Assembly: GCF_963921235.1 (NCBI RefSeq)
Contig: NC_086097.1
Coordinates: 225,992,001 to 226,056,000, forward strand
DNA: 64,000 nucleotides
DNA from: Mobula hypostoma
Lineage: Eukaryota
Direction of reading: 5' to 3'
In this document: piece by piece, positions 12,129-23,478 of the stretch
Layout: every line of letters begins with the position of its first letter
Numbering within the stretch: position 1 is the stretch's first letter
Program-made: the position numbers and the translations under genes
Notes under the pieces: model-generated
The model's database searches: none
Told to the model about the DNA's origin: nothing
What the model saw: only the letters and a program-made list of their open reading frames with translations

Positions 12129-13029
12129 ATCATACATATGTTTTATGGATTTGTGGTGTTATTACAGTAAAAGGGGATGAAAGGATATCAGTGTGAAAAA
12201 TAAGTTATTTTCAACAAGTTTTATTAGAAAATTGATTAATTTCTTGCTGTACATTACAGGGAAAGGACACACAACAGAATGAATGCATACAATTCAGCTG
12301 TATAATGCAAATGGGATCAAGGGTGTCAGGGGAATGCATGAAAATCTACAGTTTTTCTTTAATCATTCATCTTTCTATAAGAAGAAAAGAAAACTATTCC
12401 CATAAAGAGAAAACATCATTATTGAAGATAACTTTGAAGTTATTATTACAGTGTGCAATTTCAATTGTAAGTCCAAAAGCCAAGGTGAGCTTTAAATGCA
12501 ACTTTGTTTGGTAAAGAATGTTGTAGTCAAAGCTGAGCTGAGATTGTATTTGAGAAAATAAAAATAGTTATAGGACATTAAAAAAAAACAGATTTTCTCT
12601 GCAACGTGAAAATGCTGGTATTGATTTTCTCCTGGACTTTTTCTGGGATTCAAAGATAGATCCAGCAGAATATGACAGGGTTTGTTTCAGAAGCCAATTC
12701 TGGAAGTCATAAGTTCACTCGTAGTACTTGGGTTACTGCCTGCATAGAAACAGCATGTATGGGAATGAACAGCATGCTCATTAAGAAGCCTTATGGGAAA
12801 TTCACCAAATAGAATGCTCATGTTAAGTTTTATAATGAATCACAGATTCGCAAGATGTTTAAAACATTGAAAGAGGCCATTTGGCCTGTGAAGTTGTACT
12901 GCCTCTGTACAAAAGCCACTCATTTGGCCTCACTCTGTCTGTACCCACATAGTATTCTCTTTTTATATACTTATTGCTTTATTTTGAATGCTACATTTCA
13001 CTCTACCGGTAAAATGCATTCCAGTTTTC

Positions 13030-13575
13030 CTCATGTCAATATTACAGTTATATAAGAACCTGGTGAGACCCCACTTAGAGTACTGTGTTCAGTCTAGCCA
13101 CCTCACTACAGGAAGGATGCGGATACTACAGAGAGAGTGCAGAGGACATTTACAACGATGTTGCCTGGATAGGAAAGCGTGCCTTTTGAGAATAGGTTGA
13201 GTGAACTCGGCCTTTTCCCCTTGGAGCAATGGAGGATGAGAGATGACAATAGAGGTGTATAAGATGGTGAGAGGCATTGTTCATGTGGATAGCCAGAGGT
13301 TTTTTCCTGGAGCTGACACAAGGTGCTTGGAAGTAGGTACAGCAGTGATATCGAGTAAGTTTTTCACACAGAGAATGGTGGGTGCATGGAATGCACTGCC
13401 AGCAACAGGGGTGGAAGCGGGTTTTTTAAGAGCCTTTTAGATATGTACAGAGCTTAGGAAAATAGAGGGCTCTAGGGTAGAGTAATTCTAGGCAGTTTCT
13501 AGCGTAGGTTAAATGGTCGGCACAACATTGTGGGCCAAAGGGCCTGTAATGTGCTGTAGATTTCTATTTCCTATG
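13030..13575 (+). mobile_element. CR1 3' fragment
   Basis: LQLYKNLVRPHLEYCVQ, FFTQRMVGAWNALP, tail TGCTGTAGATTTCTATTTCCTATG. Confidence 0.85.
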
Positions 13576-13899
13576 TGTGTCTTGCTCCGCCATTATTTAT
13601 TGAAATATGGTCCGCTCGGTTCTTGGGACTTTACCCAGCCAAGGTAGCATGATCATCAGTGCTTAGGATGGAGCCATGGTGATTTCACGGGTCAGTATTC
13701 AGAGTTCCTCCAACAACAGTGTCAATCAAGTCCCCTGACAACAGCAGCAAACAAGTGGAGACTACGAATCATGACCCTTGAAATCTTTGTGCACTTGTGT
13801 GGTTTATTTGTGCTTTCTATTTTATGATAATAAGTTAGGCTTAAGTTACTTTGTTGTGCTTGTATGCTTATTATCACATTTCCTGGACACTGGAACTGG

Positions 13900-15125
13900 T
13901 TTGGGTCTTTTGGGTCTGATCAACCCAGCCCATCATAGCTTGCATCCCTGGGTGTTAAAAGAAGTGGCTACCATCATAATTGAAGCCTTAGTAGTCATCC
14001 TGAGACTACATTTCACTGTATGTTTCAATATACCTGTGATAAATCATAAATGAATCTGAATCTGAATCCTACAGAAGTGACAGAGGATTGTAAAATTTCC
14101 AATGTAGTACCCCAATTCTTAAAAAGAGAAATAAAATTTGTGTCGTTATAGGCTGATGAGCTCAACATCTATTGTTGGAAAAGTGCTATGGTGGTGGCAT
14201 CCGTTAGTCTCGTGAGGCCATGGATCTGCACCTGGAAAGTCTTGCTTCATTCTGTCGCCGTGAAGTGATGCTGGACTGTCCTCTCCAGGACGCAGGCCTG
14301 GGCAAGGTTGTATGAAAGACCGGCAGTCGCCCATGTGGCAAGTCTCCCCTCTCCACGACACCGATGTTGTCCAAGGGAAGGTCAAGGGCTGATACAGCTT
14401 GGCACCAGTGTCATCGCAGGAGTTGCCAAAATGAGGTTGAACACAACGTCGGACTGCCTTAGGGACTCCAGCTCCGGATTTGTTCTCAGGGTTTACTCCT
14501 GAAGCCTTTCCCATGAGTGGGTATGGCCGCAAGGCAGCGGTGGTTTGAAATCAGAGATTTTCCCTCTCTTAGATGGACTGCCTTCCCAGGCTGACGAGCT
14601 CCATCTACCCGAAGCACTGGTTTTAAGGGGCCAGGACCCGCCTTTGCCCCTTCTCCTGTCAGTAGAAACAGTTCTGCTGGGCTTAGAGGCTAAGCCACAC
14701 GAGAAGGCCAGGAGTTGGACTTGGTTGTCAGAGGCTACTTGAGGTGCATGCCATGATGAGTACTTTTAGGTAGTGGGAGCTTGTCCCCACTACCACTTCT
14801 CAGCTTGACAACCTTGGAAAATTGCTAGAATCAACTATAAATGAAAACAGCACATTTGGAAAAGTGCAATCAAATCAACCTGTATATGCATGGCTTATGA
14901 AAAGGAAATCATGTCTGGCAAATTTATTAGAGTTTTTTGAGAATGTCTCAAACTGAGTGAGTGAAGGGAAACTCGAAGTAATATCTGGATTTACAGAAGT
15001 GTCCAACAATATATGCACAAATTAATGAACTATAACATAAAAGACCCTGTGTTGAAGGTAGCAGGTTGTCATAAAAAGAGGATTGGTCAATGAGCAACAA
15101 GCGGCAAGAACAGATATAATGAAAG
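13900..15125 (+). mobile_element. Old CR1 RT fragment hosting a Rex1-type tail and an RTE-derived element
   Basis: CATCCCTGGGTGTTAAAAGAAGTGGC, AATCATGTCTGGCAAATTTATTAGAGTTTTTTGA (SCLxNLLEFFE); (TGAATC)n at 14051-14068. Confidence 0.6.
14189..14813 (-). mobile_element. Non-autonomous RTE-clade derivative (structured 5' UTR joined to a short 3' end, no ORF)
   Basis: 14-bp TSD TTGGAAAAGTGCTA (14175-14188) / TTGGAAAATTGCTA (14814-14827). Minus-strand 3' end ATCCATGGCCTCACGAGACTAACGGATGCC(ACC)n resembles RTE termini (family assignment from recall, not searched). Confidence 0.7.
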
Positions 15126-15134
15126 ATAGAAGGT

Positions 15135-15880
15135 CCATAATGATGGATGCTGCCTTTGTGTGAGTCATCATCTTTTGGAGATGTACTGGAGGCTAGTGCC
15201 ATGATGGAACTGACTGAGATTACAACTTTCTGCAGTTTTGTTTTCTGATCCTGTGCAGTGGACCTTCCATTCCAAACTGTGATGCAACCATCTAGAATGC
15301 TCTCCATGGTACATCTGTAGAAACTTGTGAGTGTCTTAGGTGACATATCAATTCTCCTCAAACTCCTAATGAAATATAGCTGCTGTCATGCCTTCATTGT
15401 AATGGCATCAATATGTTGGATCTTCAGAGATGTTATATTACAGGATCTTGAAACTGCTCAACCTTCCCACTTCTGATTGCTCTGGGGTGACTGGGGTGTC
15501 TTCCCTCAACTTCCCCTTCTGAAGTCCACAATCAATTCAAGGTTGTTGCTGCAGCACAACTCTACCAGCTGATCTATCATGCTCCTGTACGCCTTCTCTT
15601 ACAACAGTTGTGTCATCAGCAAATTTATAGATGGCATTTGATCTGTGCCTACCCACCTAACTGAGTGTGTAGAGCGAGTAGAGCAGAAGGCTAAGCACAC
15701 AGCCTTGAGGTGCACCACAGTTGATTGTTAGCGAGAACGAGATGTTACTCCTGATCCACATTGACTGTGATTTTCCAGTGTGGAAGTCAAGGATTCAGTT
15801 GCAGAGGGTGGTACAGAGGTCCAGATTCTGGAGCTTGTTAATTAAAACTAAGGGTATAATTATTTTGAACGCTCAATAAA
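15135..15880 (-). mobile_element. Rex1/Babar-type LINE RT fragment
   Basis: LTSFYRCTMESILDGCITVWNG; minus strand also gives GAPQGCVLSLLLYSLYT and YKFADDTTVV. Confidence 0.8.
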
Positions 15881-17439
15881 CAGAAGCTTGTGGCAAATCT
15901 GATGGCAGAGGTGAAGAAGCCATTCCTAAAATGTAGAGTTTGAGCCTTCAGGCTCCTGTGCTATCTCTCTGATGATGTTAATGAAAGAGGCTAGTCATGG
16001 GTGATGAAGGTCCTGAATGATGAATACTGCCTTGAGATCTTCCTTCAGCCTCCACAGATCCAGATAAAACAGCCAAAGTTTGTCTAAACTCTTATTATAG
16101 CACCTGCCCTCTAATTCAGGTAGCGTCCTGCTAAAACTCTGCATCCTCTCCAAAACCTCAACATCCTTCCTATAGTGGTGTAACCAGAACAATATGCAAT
16201 ACTCCAGATGAGGCCTAGCTAAAATTTTATAAAGCTGCAACATTACTTCCTGAATTTTGAACTCAAAACATCTATAGAAATTTGTGAGAGTCTTTGGTAA
16301 TATACCAAATCTCCTCAAACTTCTAATTGAATATAGCCGCTGGCATGCCTTCTTCATAATTGTTGGTCCCGGGATAGACCCAAGAACTTGAACAGGACTC
16401 TTTATCAGATTTGGGAAGGTGAGAAGGCGTGTGTTTGAAGTTGCAGACACGAGGAGTGTGGGGAGAAAAGAGTAGTTATTATGTGTTTCACTGAACTTTC
16501 TGGAATATTGAGTATTACTCCTATTTGTACAACAACACACTTTAATTTCATATTTTTGCAGATGTTACACAGTGGTGTAATAAGTTTTCCAGAGAATGGA
16601 GTGAGTTTAAAGGGAACCTGGGAAACAAAAGTATGCGAGTTTAAAAGAGAAGCCAGATTCTGGTGTGTTTAAAAGCAGCCTGGGAATGGGTCTTGATGAG
16701 TTTAAATAGGCACAGGAAACAGCATCCCTGTTGTGTCTAAAGGGATTGTGGGTAACAGAGTCTGAGTGTGCTAAAGGCCAAACCATCATAATTTCCATAC
16801 AATAGGATAGTAGATTTCTACCGCAGTTCTAAATTCCATCTGTGACTCAAAAGATAATATGATCATTGTGATGCATGCATCAGCTCAGAAGTTGATTACA
16901 TTTTTGACCTAAATCAGAGAAAATTTTGATACTGGCCATAACATTTTTTACTCGTAAAGTGCTGGGCCAAACAAGTGCACAAGGCCAGAATTGTGGCCCA
17001 AAGCAAGATTCTTAGACAATACTGAATTTCTCATCTGGTGGTAGTTTTCCAAATGGATGAAATATTCCATATATTACCGCACAATATGAAAGAATCCAGA
17101 AAAAAAATAAAATGACTTTTACTTAGTTGCAGTTTCCAAAGTGCAAGTGAACAATCAATGAAAGGCAAACCCAACAAAGTTATAAGACATCTGCGGTTTC
17201 AATGGGTTTTTAATGAAGCAATATACAAGAACTGAAAGTGAAGCTTCAAGCAATCTGCGCTTCCTTATGGCTGTTTTTGCCCCTGAGAATATTACCCCAG
17301 CAAGACAATGAAGTTTTAAGTGAATCTTTTCTTCTTTAATCCCAGCTCCTTCTTCTTGTGTGTGTGCTTTTTGGAACATTTCAGAACATGGTCTTCTGTT
17401 CAAAGAGTGAGCAAGTCTCTCTCCTTTTTTTACTGAAGC

Positions 17440-18651
17440 GCATTTGAAGTGCTGTGAACAGTTTTGGAGCCCTTATCTAAGAAAGGATGTGCTAGCATTG
17501 GATAAGGTCCAGAGGAGGTTCACAAGAATGATCACAAGAATGAAAAGGTTAATGTATGAGGAACATTTGATGGCTCTGGGCCTGTACTCATTGGAGCTTA
17601 GAAGAATGATGGGGAATCTCAATAAAACCTATCAAGTATTGGAACACTTAGATAGAATGCACATGGAGAAAATGTTTCCTATAGTGGGGGAGTCTAGGAC
17701 CAGAGAGTACAGCCTTAGAACAGAAGGACATCCCTTTAGAACAGAGCTGAGGAGGAATTTCTTTAGCCAGAGGGTGAAGAATGTGCGGAATTCATTGTCA
17801 CAGACGACTGTCGAGATAAAGTTATTAGATATATTTAAAGCAGAAGTCGATAGGAGGGGAAGAGAAGATGGCGACGCGACGCAGTGCGCGCGGCCGCTCC
17901 GAAATGATATCAGTATTTGTTAAGTAGGTACCGTGCACAATCTGGATTTGATGGAGACAGACGTGAGAAGCACGGAGGAACATCTGGAGAAACTTCTGAA
18001 AAGCCCGCTTTGCTGCCACGGCTACTATACGATCGAGAATCTCTGGAGGGGAAGGCCCCAAATCCTCGGCTTTGCCTATTGCCTGTTGCCGGGGCCGGGG
18101 TTGAAGCACTCAGCGGAGATGGTGCTTGGTGTCGGAGGCTTGAAGTTTTCAGACGGACTCAAGAGACGCCTGTGGTCGGGTGCTTCCAGGGTGCTGCATT
18201 GGCAAGTTTGCGGCGCTGGAGGATCATGGCAGGGACAGTTTTTCTTCCTTCTACCGTCTGCGCGAGATGATGGGATTTTCGAGAGACTTTGAGACTTCTT
18301 TTACTGTGCCCATGGTCTGTTCTTCTATCAAATTATGGTATTGCTTTGCACTGTTGTAACTATATATTATAATTATGTGGTTTTTGTCAGTTTTTCTGAC
18401 TTGGTTTGTCTTATGTTTCTGTGATATCATACTGGAGGACCATTGTATCATTTCTTAATGCATGCATTACTAAATGACAATAAAAGAGGACTGCGTGTCC
18501 TCATAATCTAATCTAATCTAATAGGTTCTTGATTAGTAAGGGCATCAAAGGCTATGGAGAGAAGGCAGGAGAGTGAGATTGAGAGGAATGGAGAAACAGG
18601 CTCAATGGGCTAACTAGCCTAATTCTACTCCTATATCTTATGGTCTTATGG
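17440..18651 (+). mobile_element. CR1 3' fragment hosting a young non-autonomous element
   Basis: CEQFWSPYLRKDVLAL...RRNFFSQRV...FKAEVDR, resuming as TTCTTGATTAG after 18525; tail TCTTATGGTCTTATGG. Confidence 0.88.
17855..18520 (+). mobile_element. CpG-rich non-autonomous retroelement with YY1-like head and (TAATC)n tail
   Basis: 5-bp TSD ATAGG (17850-17854 / 18521-18525). AAGATGGCG motif at the 5' end, AATAAA near 18479, tail ATAATCTAATCTAATCTA. No RT-like ORF. Confidence 0.75.
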
Positions 18652-18906
18652 AACCAGACTTATTCAAGTACTTATTTCTCCTTTTACTTGCTAGAAATAA
18701 AGTAACTTCAGAAAATATAGATCCTACTTTTTACTTTTTTCATTTAGGTGCAGTCTGCTACTGATATATTGGGAGCATTAATAACAAAGCATGGTCTTTA
18801 TTGAGCTCATAAAGCCATTGACTCCATTAAAACTGTTGCATAATAGTTTACTTATTGGATTTTTGCTTTATTACTGTCGCATGTATCAAGATACTATGAA
18901 AAACTT

Positions 18907-19372
18907 TGAGATTTACCAGGATGCTGCCTGGTTTAGAGAGTATGCATTATGATCAGAGATTAAGGGAGCTAGGGCTTTACTCTTTGGAGAGAAGGAGGAT
19001 GAGAGGAGACATGATAGAGGAGTACAAGATAATAAGAGGAATAGATAGAGTGGATAGCCAGCGCCTCTTCCCCAGGGCACCACTGCCTCAGTACAAGAGG
19101 ACATGGCTTTAAGGTAAGAGGTGGGAAATTCAAGGGGGATATTAGAGGAAGTTTTTTTACTCAGAGAGTGGTTGGTGCGTGGAATGCACTGCCTGAGTCA
19201 GTGGTGGAGGCAGATACACTAGTGAAGTTTAAGAGACTACTAGACAGGTATATGGAGGAATCTAAGGTGGGGGGCTTATATGGGAGGCAGGGTTTGAGGG
19301 TTGGCACAATATTGTGGGCTGAAAGGCCTGCACTGTGCTATACTATTCTATCTTCTACGTTCTATGTTCTAT
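18907..19372 (+). mobile_element. Young CR1 3' fragment (same subfamily as 626-1553)
   Basis: Near-identical to about 1112-1553; (TTCTATG)n tail. Confidence 0.9.
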
Positions 19373-19664
19373 GTTTTGTGTTTGATCCTGACAGATATTG
19401 CCAAATATATTTCCATTAAGGTAGTAAAAACAGGATGCAACATATAGTGTTTTCTATCTGCCTGACAAGAGAAGGGAGGTGAATGAGAATGATTGAGGAG
19501 GGAGAGATACGTGGTAATATTAACAGCGTTCTGAAGGCAGCCATACATGTAGACAATTATAGTCAATAGGACCATAACAAACCCAATATCAATGGAAATT
19601 AGTATCAAACAATGCGGCTCCATTGTCCTAATGGTCATTAATCTTCTCACCACAATTGAAAATC

Positions 19665-19790
19665 ATAGAATTACAGATCCTGGAAGCTTGCAACAAGAAA
19701 GTAAAATTCTGGAAACAGTAGGGCAAGCATCACCTGCGGAAAAAGAAAAAGAGATAAACTTACAAGTCATAGACTCTTCATCAGAACTGG
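19665..19790 (-). mobile_element. Ancient PLE 3'-end remnant
   Basis: Reverse strand reads CCAGTTCTGATGAAGAGTCTATGACTTG (decayed CUGAUGA core), followed by a degenerate CAGAATTTT...TTCCAGGATCTG end. Confidence 0.45.
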
Positions 19791-19949
19791 TGACAAAGAG
19801 TATCTGACAAGTGTTTCCACCATTTTCTGATTCTATTTCTTGCAGCAATTCTACATTTTACATCCAACAAGCTTCCAGCTGAAGTGAAGTTAACCTATGG
19901 GCCAAGTGTGAAACAGTTTTATATTCAATGTCACTACTGCAAAACCAAT

Positions 19950-20700
19950 TCTGTCATTCAGCTAATGAGCTGTAGTACATAGACAACACTCCTGTGTGCA
20001 CACAGTCATCCTGTGAACTCCAAGTTATCCTTGACTCATTCACAGATGTGCTTTGCACTTTACCTTTAGAAGTCAAATTTGTCCCGGCTTTACAACACCA
20101 CCTTCCAACAATAAGGACCAATAATAAAACTCCAGGAAACATGGAACACTTCTCAGGAGCTCTCAGCAAAGGTAGACTTGAATGATGAGATTCACCAATG
20201 ACTTCAGAGTGCCACACAACCATTGGCCATTTAAGGAAAATAGTGTTTGTGCATCTCATCCTTGGCTCAAAGCTCATGATCTATTGACAGCAGATCCCTA
20301 ACCTCGCTGGTACTTCTGGGTCATAGTTTAATTACAGCAGGTGCATCAAGACACCTTCAAAGTTATCTCCACATCATCATCCAAATCCATTGCAAGGTTA
20401 GTGAACCAATGTCAAAGTCCATTCTGAGGCCAACGTCTCCAGCACTGAGGTCCTAATTACATGGCCAACTCAAATCCACAGACCACATCATCCACCTGAC
20501 AGCAGACTTCTGAAACTGACACTTGATTCTGAGCTCCATCACAGCAGGAGATTACTAGTGGGGGCAGAGAAAAAGATTCAAGAATGTTTTCCAATGCTCC
20601 TTTGAAAAAATGTAACACTCCCACTGGTGCATGGTAATTTCTGGCTCATGATTGCCTAGTACGTGGAAGGAGCATTTGACTTGGCCTTCAGTGCAGAAGC
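19950..20700 (+). mobile_element. Highly decayed RTE-clade RT C-terminal half
   Basis: EL*YIDN...ELQVILDSF (YADD-like region) and nucleotide similarity in layout to 34030-34480. Confidence 0.5.
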
Positions 20701-21263
20701 ATAGAGTTGCCCAATATAAATAACAAAAGGAACATTATACCACCCAAGATACCCTCATAACTCCCCCTTCAGTCACTTCCTGCCTTATCTGTGCAGAGAG
20801 ACTGGATCCTATTTGGCTTCATTGGACACGTTACCCACAGAATTGGAGCAGAAAAAATCTTTCCTTGACATTGAGCAACAGTCAAAAAATCAGAAGAAGA
20901 GGAAGAAGATTTTCAGGGGTTTTGTTTGGCAATGATATCTTTACATTCTTTAGTCTTACATCCAAAAAGGTGTTTGCATTTTCCCAGAAGTCATCAAGTT
21001 GATTTCATTTTCAATAAAAAAAATCATTGAATAAACCCTGCATTTTCAAGCTTTTTAAACAATAGCTGAGTGACAATCTTCTCAAAGGAAATAATAAACC
21101 TCTCAAAAAGATCTGCCAAAACCAGCAAATCAATTTAATATTGCGTGTTGAAATAGAGAGATCTCATGAGTTCATAGTTAATGTCAGCTGTGGCTTGTAT
21201 TACTTTAGTCTCCGCTTAGTAATGTACATTGGACAATTTCTACCGAGCAGATTCGCTAAGGCA

Positions 21264-23470
21264 AAACATAGAATATGGAACAGTACAGCACAGAATTGCC
21301 AAACCAATTATATTAGTAATTATATTAGTAATCTGACGAAGGGTCTCAGCCTGAAACGTCGACTGCACCTCTTCCTACAGATGCTGCCTGGCCTGCTGCG
21401 TTCACCAGCAACTTTGATGTGTGTTGCTTGAATTTCCAGCATCTGCAGAATTCCTGTTGTTTATATTAGTAATCTAATGGTGAACTAAACTAATCTCTTC
21501 TGCCTACACAATATCCACAAGCTTCCATTTCCCTTACATCCATGTACATATCTAAACATCTCTTAAAATTCTGTAATGTATCTGCCTCATATTCAAGGCA
21601 CCCACCACGCTCTGTGTAAATACCCTGCCCCTCATTTCACCTTTGAAATTATTCCCTCTCACCTTAAATGCATGCCCTCTGGTATTAGACATTTCAATGG
21701 TGGGAAAAAGACTATTTTCTGCCTACTCTATCTATACCTTTCAAAATCTTACAAGCTCTTATCAGAACTCCCTTCAGTCTCCACTGCACCAGAGAAAAGC
21801 AACCCAAGTTCGTCTAAACTCTCATTTTAGCATATGCCCTTTAATCCAGACAACAACCTGGTAAAGCTCTTCTGTATTCTTTCCAAAGCCTTGACTTTCT
21901 TCCCATAGTGGGATGACCAGAACTGTTTGCAATACTCCCGATGTGGCCTAGCTAGAGTTTAATAAAGCAGCAGCTTAACTTCCTAACTTTTGAACTCAAT
22001 GCCTCAACTAATAAAGACAAGCATGCCGTATGCCTTCTTAACCACCCCATCAACCTGTGTACCACTTTTAGGAAGTTACGAAGTTGAATCCCAAGATCCC
22101 TCTGTTCATCAACATTGTTAAGGATCTCGCCTTATCTGTACTCTCAGGGTACTCTGTACTCTCATTGTGGGACAGTGTAATGTCCTGTTTTGCCGCATTT
22201 GAACTACCAAGGTTCAACACTTCGCACTGGGGCAGGATAAGTTCCATGTGCCAATCTCTGCCATTGATCTATATACCGTTGCAGTCTTTGCCAGTCTTAT
22301 ACACTATCCATAACAACACCACTTTTTGTATCATCGGCAAACTTACTAACCCACCCACTTATATTTTCATCCAGATCATTTATATATATGAGAAACTGCA
22401 GAGGTCCCAGTACAGATCCCTGCAGAACACCACTAATCACAGACCTCCAGCTAGAATAAATCCCTTCAACCACTACCCTCTATCTTCTATGGGTAAGCCA
22501 GTTCTGAATCCAAACAGCTAATTCACCATGAAGCTTCTGGATGAGCCTCCTATGAGGGACATTGTCAAACACTTTATTAAAATCCATGTAAGCAACATCC
22601 ACAGCTTTACCTTCATCAATCCCCTTGTCACCATGTCAAAAAACTCAGTCAAATTAGTAAGACATGACTTGCTCTGCACAAAGCCATGTTGGCTCTCCCT
22701 AATTAGACCGTGGTTTTCCAAATGCTCATAAGTCCTATCCCAAAGAATTCTCTCCAGTAACTTGCCAGCCACTGACATGAGACTCGCTGGTCTTCAGAAG
22801 TTTCCAGAGTTAACCTGGGTTCCCTATTTGAATTATGAAAGAACATCAGCTACTCAACAGTACCTCAGGACTGTGTTTCATGAGGCCACAGGTTCAAGGC
22901 CCCAACAACCTTTTCTCATGACTTTCTCAATAACCTAGGTATATCCCATCAAGCCCTGGAGACTTATCTGCCTTAATGCACTTTAAGAGACCCAACACTA
23001 TTTCCTCCTTTACCTCAAAGTGCCCTAGCATATCAATACACGTAGCACTGATCTCCCAATCTTCCATGTCCTTCTCCTTGGTAGATACACATTAAAGACT
23101 GCACCCTCATCTTCTGCATATAAGCAAATATTCCCCCTTTGGTCCGACCCTCTCCCTGGTTATCTTTTGCTATTGATGTATGTCTGGAATGCCTTGATAT
23201 TCTATTTAATCCTACTTGCTAAGGACTTCTCATGGCCTTTCCTGGCTCTCCTAATTCCCTTCTTGAGTTCTTTTCTGGCTTCTTTATAATCATCAAGGGC
23301 TCTGATTGATTCTAGCTTCCTAAGCTTTACATACATTTCCTTTCTCTTCTTTACTAAATTCATCACCTCTCTTGACATTGAAGATTCTCTTACCTTGCTC
23401 CACTTGTCCTTCTCTCTTATTGCAACACACCTGTCTTATTCTCTGTGCAGTTGGTCTTAAAACACCCTCC
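21264..23470 (-). mobile_element. CR1 LINE ORF2 (decayed)
   Basis: SQHGFVQSKSCLTNLTEFF (22518..22778), KFADDTK region at 22320-22350; AAAACATAGAATATGGAAC tail homologous to 62883. Confidence 0.85.
21335..21460 (+). mobile_element. Very short PLE 3'-end insertion starting within the hammerhead core
   Basis: TSD TTATATTAGTAATCT (21320-21334 / 21461-21475), plus an extra partial copy at 21308-21319. Insert runs from CTGACGA...GAAACGTCGACT to ...CTGCAGAATTCCTGTTGT. Confidence 0.85.
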
Positions 23471-23478
23471 ACGTATTA

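Noticed and set aside
17155..17403. 82-aa minus-strand ORF in unique DNA
   Set aside because: No recognisable domain and no convincing splice signals.
17825..18451. Overlapping 66-119 aa ORFs or a host CpG-island promoter
   Set aside because: They lie within a TSD-flanked, microsatellite-tailed insertion; GC-richness explains the open frames.
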